Program-made: the position numbers and the translations under genes | The notes under the pieces: generated by a model | Database searches by the model: none | The model's input: the letters and a program-made list of their open reading frames with translations, nothing else | Told to the model about the DNA's origin: nothing | Source: Mycolicibacterium smegmatis | GTDB taxonomy: Bacteria; Actinomycetota; Actinomycetes; Mycobacteriales; Mycobacteriaceae | Assembly (NCBI RefSeq): GCF_001457595.1 | Contig: NZ_LN831039.1 | Location: forward strand, 1,980,001-2,012,000 | Reading direction: 5' to 3' | DNA: 32,000 nt | Shown here: positions 29,491-32,000 of the stretch, in pieces | Layout: every line of letters starts with the position of its first letter | Position numbering within the stretch: position 1 is the stretch's first letter

Positions 29491-29549
29491 ACCAGTGGAC
29501 TCAACTCACCCTGACACCCAGGGAACTGCTGGAGCGCGACTCCTTCTAC

Positions 29550-29843
29550 TCAGCGCATCAAATACGTGTAGTAATTGCCGATACATTCGAGCGCTTTCGG
29601 GGAGAGTTCGGGATGCCTCGCATGCATCTCTGCCTCGACGAAATCGCCGGCGTCGTTGAGGGTCATGTGAGACCAGTCAGGACGGAGGCTCATGGCTTCG
29701 TCGAGTAGTTCGCGAACGAGGGCTCTCGCAGCCTGCGCGGATTGGGTGCCGTAGAAAGCGTCGAACTCGGTGTCATTCTTACCCGGGTAATGCTTGAGGT
29801 AGAGCGTGAGTGCCTCGCTCGCATCAATGTCGATGCCGGTCAC
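29550..29843 (-). CDS. Small acidic hypothetical protein, candidate immunity protein
   Basis: MTGIDIDASEALTLYLKHYPGKNDTEF...LSPKALECIGNYYTYLMR; third gene after the probable toxin ORF. Confidence 0.6.
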   Translation of the reverse strand: MTGIDIDASEALTLYLKHYPGKNDTEFDAFYGTQSAQAARALVRELLDEAMSLRPDWSHMTLNDAGDFVEAEMHARHPELSPKALECIGNYYTYLMR

Positions 29844-29879
29844 GATGTCCTCCTGCGGAGCAAAGAAAGAAGAGAGCCG

Positions 29880-30629
29880 TCAGATTACGTCACGTCCGAG
29901 CAATATCCAGTCGTCAGCTTCATTGACGACTCGAACTCCGGGTATATCCGGGTTGCTCTTGATCATGTTTACTAGAGCGTCCCAAGTGATGCCGCCGTAG
30001 GAGATACCGGGGCGGTTTCGCGTCGTGTAGGTCAGCACCCATCCGGCCCGTCCGGCTGCCGACGAAGTCACAATGTCCGGCTGTCCCGCGTTGGCACCGT
30101 CCTTCAGGTGGAGGTACAGCTCTCGTCCACGAAGGTGAGTTATTGCTGATCCGTACCAACCGTCTGATGTCATTTCTGCAGCATCCGAGATCACTCTCTC
30201 GAGGTCGTCGGCTACCACCAGTGGATTGGGGGTTCGGTCTGCCTCGGGTGTGGAAAGGTCGGCCAGGATGACAGGGAATTGGACGCGCGGGATCGCAACA
30301 GTTTCGTTTCTCATGTTCGCGACGACGAGCCAGTCTGGGCGTACGGTTTCGTAGGCCGCCTTCAGGATGTTCGACCATTGCGAGGCGACGAAACGATCGG
30401 GAAGATCGGGATGGCGTCTCGATGTGTAAACGACCATCGCCGAACTGTCATCGTCCAGTTTGCGCAACCGCGTGGACAGGACACGGTTGCCGTCGATCTC
30501 CCGCTCGGTGGCGACGTAGTACAGCGTCACACCATCGAGTGCTCGAAACAACTCCAATCGAGCACGACCGTCGCCGGTGTCCTGGGCGGCCGAGGAGAAT
30601 ATTCGCGCGCGCTGGTCTTTATCGATCAC
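29880..30629 (-). CDS. Candidate immunity protein with two SseB-like modules
   Basis: Internal resemblance of MVVYTSRRHPDLPDRFVASQWSNILKAAYE...DWLVVANM and VLTYTTRNRPGISYGGITWDALVNMIKSNPD...DDWILLG; directly downstream of probable toxin. Confidence 0.6.
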   Translation of the reverse strand: MIDKDQRARIFSSAAQDTGDGRARLELFRALDGVTLYYVATEREIDGNRVLSTRLRKLDDDSSAMVVYTSRRHPDLPDRFVASQWSNILKAAYETVRPDWLVVANMRNETVAIPRVQFPVILADLSTPEADRTPNPLVVADDLERVISDAAEMTSDGWYGSAITHLRGRELYLHLKDGANAGQPDIVTSSAAGRAGWVLTYTTRNRPGISYGGITWDALVNMIKSNPDIPGVRVVNEADDWILLGRDVI

Positions 30630-30703
30630 TGTGAGGTCCTCGGAGTCGGTTGTCGATCGGTAGTCCGGAGAACAAAGGCGACAGGTAGGTGTTCGGGCAT
30701 GGC

Positions 30704-32000
30704 TTACCAGTCATCATCGCCGAGGTTTTCAGGTTCAGGCCAGGGATACTTCTCAATGAAATCGTAGGTGTCCTGGTGGTAGATCCCGTGGACGTCGAAA
30801 ACTCTGTGGTTCCAGGAACCGAGGCACGCCACGAAGTCAACCGCTCCCATGTTCGGCTGTAGAAGGTCACTGAGTGTTGTCGCTCGATCAACCGTGTGCG
30901 GAGTACCTACAATGTTCATGTCGTCGGGCGGCAAAAGTGTGTAGTTGGGCATCGTTTCGCCTGGGTAGTACGTCTTCTTGAAGACGCGGGAGGTGTCCCC
31001 ACCCGACTCGATGAGATTCCCCAGCGACTGCGTGATCGGAGAACCATGTTCGCCGTACACCGTCACGGATGTGTCTGCGGGGACGGTGAACGTTCCATCG
31101 CCGCTGTGGTAATCACCATGCCCGCTTATCTTGTAGCGGCCGTCTGGCCCGACGGCGTTCTCGCGCGGACCGTCGTCGTCGCTGTAGCCACGATCATCGC
31201 CCCGCTGTTGATCGGTGTCGTCCCGCCAGCTATGGCTTGGCTCTGCGCGCACATCCGCGTCAGGCTTGTTCGATGCTCGATCGATTGAATCCTGATCTGT
31301 ATCCCGAAGAGTACGACTATCTGTCTCCGAAGTGAGTCCGTCGTGTCTTGCGGTTGGTTCCATCTGGCCATTCGGCGCAGGACCATCGGCAGATGTCGTT
31401 CTGTGGAACAACTCGGTTGCCCTGCCCGTGTCCGGGTCGATCTGGACAATTCGAGTGACATTCGGGTTATCCATCAGACGTGGAATCTCGACCGTCTGCC
31501 AGATGTTGCCTGGCCGAAGGTCGCTGCCCACGATCGCCGTAACGTCGCCGCGAGCATTCTCAGCATATGCCGCCGAAGCGTCTTCCCAGAACCTGACTGA
31601 TTCGGGATCGTGACGGTTCCATGCGGGCAACGGATGCACGCCGTTGCGCTCAAGCGTCATCTCGAGCGTTGTCCCGTTCGAGCCCTCCGCAATTCGCTCG
31701 GCAATTCCAGAGCCGTCCGGTCCTACGCCGACCCCGTTCGCGTCGCGTCCTGACCAATAGTGAGCCGAATCAGGTTCTGTTCTTGTCAGACGAAGGAGTT
31801 CGTCATAAGACGGCAGGCTGCCCGGAACGTAGTGGCCATTCTCATCGAGCATCGGGTTGTAGTCGAGATCTGACTTTGCAGGATCCGTGAATGCGTCGCC
31901 GTCGTGCACAGGCGGCTCCAGCCCACTGGAGTCGTGCGGTGGTTCGGGTTTCGGGGGTGGGGAGTTGTGGTGAGAATCGGACGGCGGCACAGACGAACCC
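30704..32000 (-). CDS. C-terminal part of a probable secreted polymorphic toxin (partial; frame stays open to the window edge)
   Basis: Pro/Asp-rich linker, then YWSGRDANGVGV...GTTLEMTLERNGVHPLPAWN...SLRPGNIWQTVEIP-type domain, second hydrophilic linker, then SGHGDYHSGDGTFTVPADTSVTVYGEHG...MPNYTLLPPDDMNI...VDFVACLGSW (putative adhesin/Stv-like) C-terminus. Confidence 0.6.
   Translation of the reverse strand, partial: GSSVPPSDSHHNSPPPKPEPPHDSSGLEPPVHDGDAFTDPAKSDLDYNPMLDENGHYVPGSLPSYDELLRLTRTEPDSAHYWSGRDANGVGVGPDGSGIAERIAEGSNGTTLEMTLERNGVHPLPAWNRHDPESVRFWEDASAAYAENARGDVTAIVGSDLRPGNIWQTVEIPRLMDNPNVTRIVQIDPDTGRATELFHRTTSADGPAPNGQMEPTARHDGLTSETDSRTLRDTDQDSIDRASNKPDADVRAEPSHSWRDDTDQQRGDDRGYSDDDGPRENAVGPDGRYKISGHGDYHSGDGTFTVPADTSVTVYGEHGSPITQSLGNLIESGGDTSRVFKKTYYPGETMPNYTLLPPDDMNIVGTPHTVDRATTLSDLLQPNMGAVDFVACLGSWNHRVFDVHGIYHQDTYDFIEKYPWPEPENLGDDDW

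Larger units (their letters stand above)
27949..29516 (-). mobile_element. Second, distinct IS3-family element, about 1568 bp
   Basis: Two transposase ORFs; terminal inverted repeats TGTCAAGGTG-TTTGAGTCCAGTGG / TGTCAGGGTGAGTTGAGTCCACTGG. Confidence 0.8.

Noticed and set aside
26415-29516. Composite transposon formed by the two IS elements
   Set aside because: The elements are of different subgroups with different transposases and enclose only about 286 bp of a disrupted gene; no cargo.

Overview
High-GC actinobacterial (Mycobacterium/Mycolicibacterium-like) chromosomal window. Positions 1-11037 look like the conserved mycobacterial block DUF3499 tail - manB - tobH-like - manA - FAD oxidoreductase (opposite strand) - amino-acid permease - alkB - rubA - rubB - tetR - ahcY. 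A bidirectional terminator follows, then two small membrane-protein genes (YetF/DUF421 and TRIC/UPF0126). Positions 12318-21862 form a complete selenocysteine module: a formate-dehydrogenase operon whose catalytic subunit has an in-frame TGA at 16972-16974 followed by a very good bacterial SECIS hairpin, then selB, selA, tRNA-Sec(UCA) and a divergent selD. Next come an NhaA-thioredoxin fusion that appears to have lost its CxxC, and an AAA+ ATPase/TPR-membrane gene pair. Two different IS3-family elements (about 26415-27662 and 27949-29516) sit about 286 bp apart, apparently in one membrane-protein gene. The right end, 29550 to beyond 32000, carries the C-terminal part of a probable polymorphic toxin followed by two candidate immunity genes. 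The toxin part has a conserved 'YWSG...TTLEMTL' domain and a GHG/adhesin-like C-terminal domain. The most interesting items are the Sec recoding site, the CxxC-less antiporter fusion, the doubly IS-disrupted gene, and the toxin/immunity locus. Family calls come from recalled motifs, not searches.
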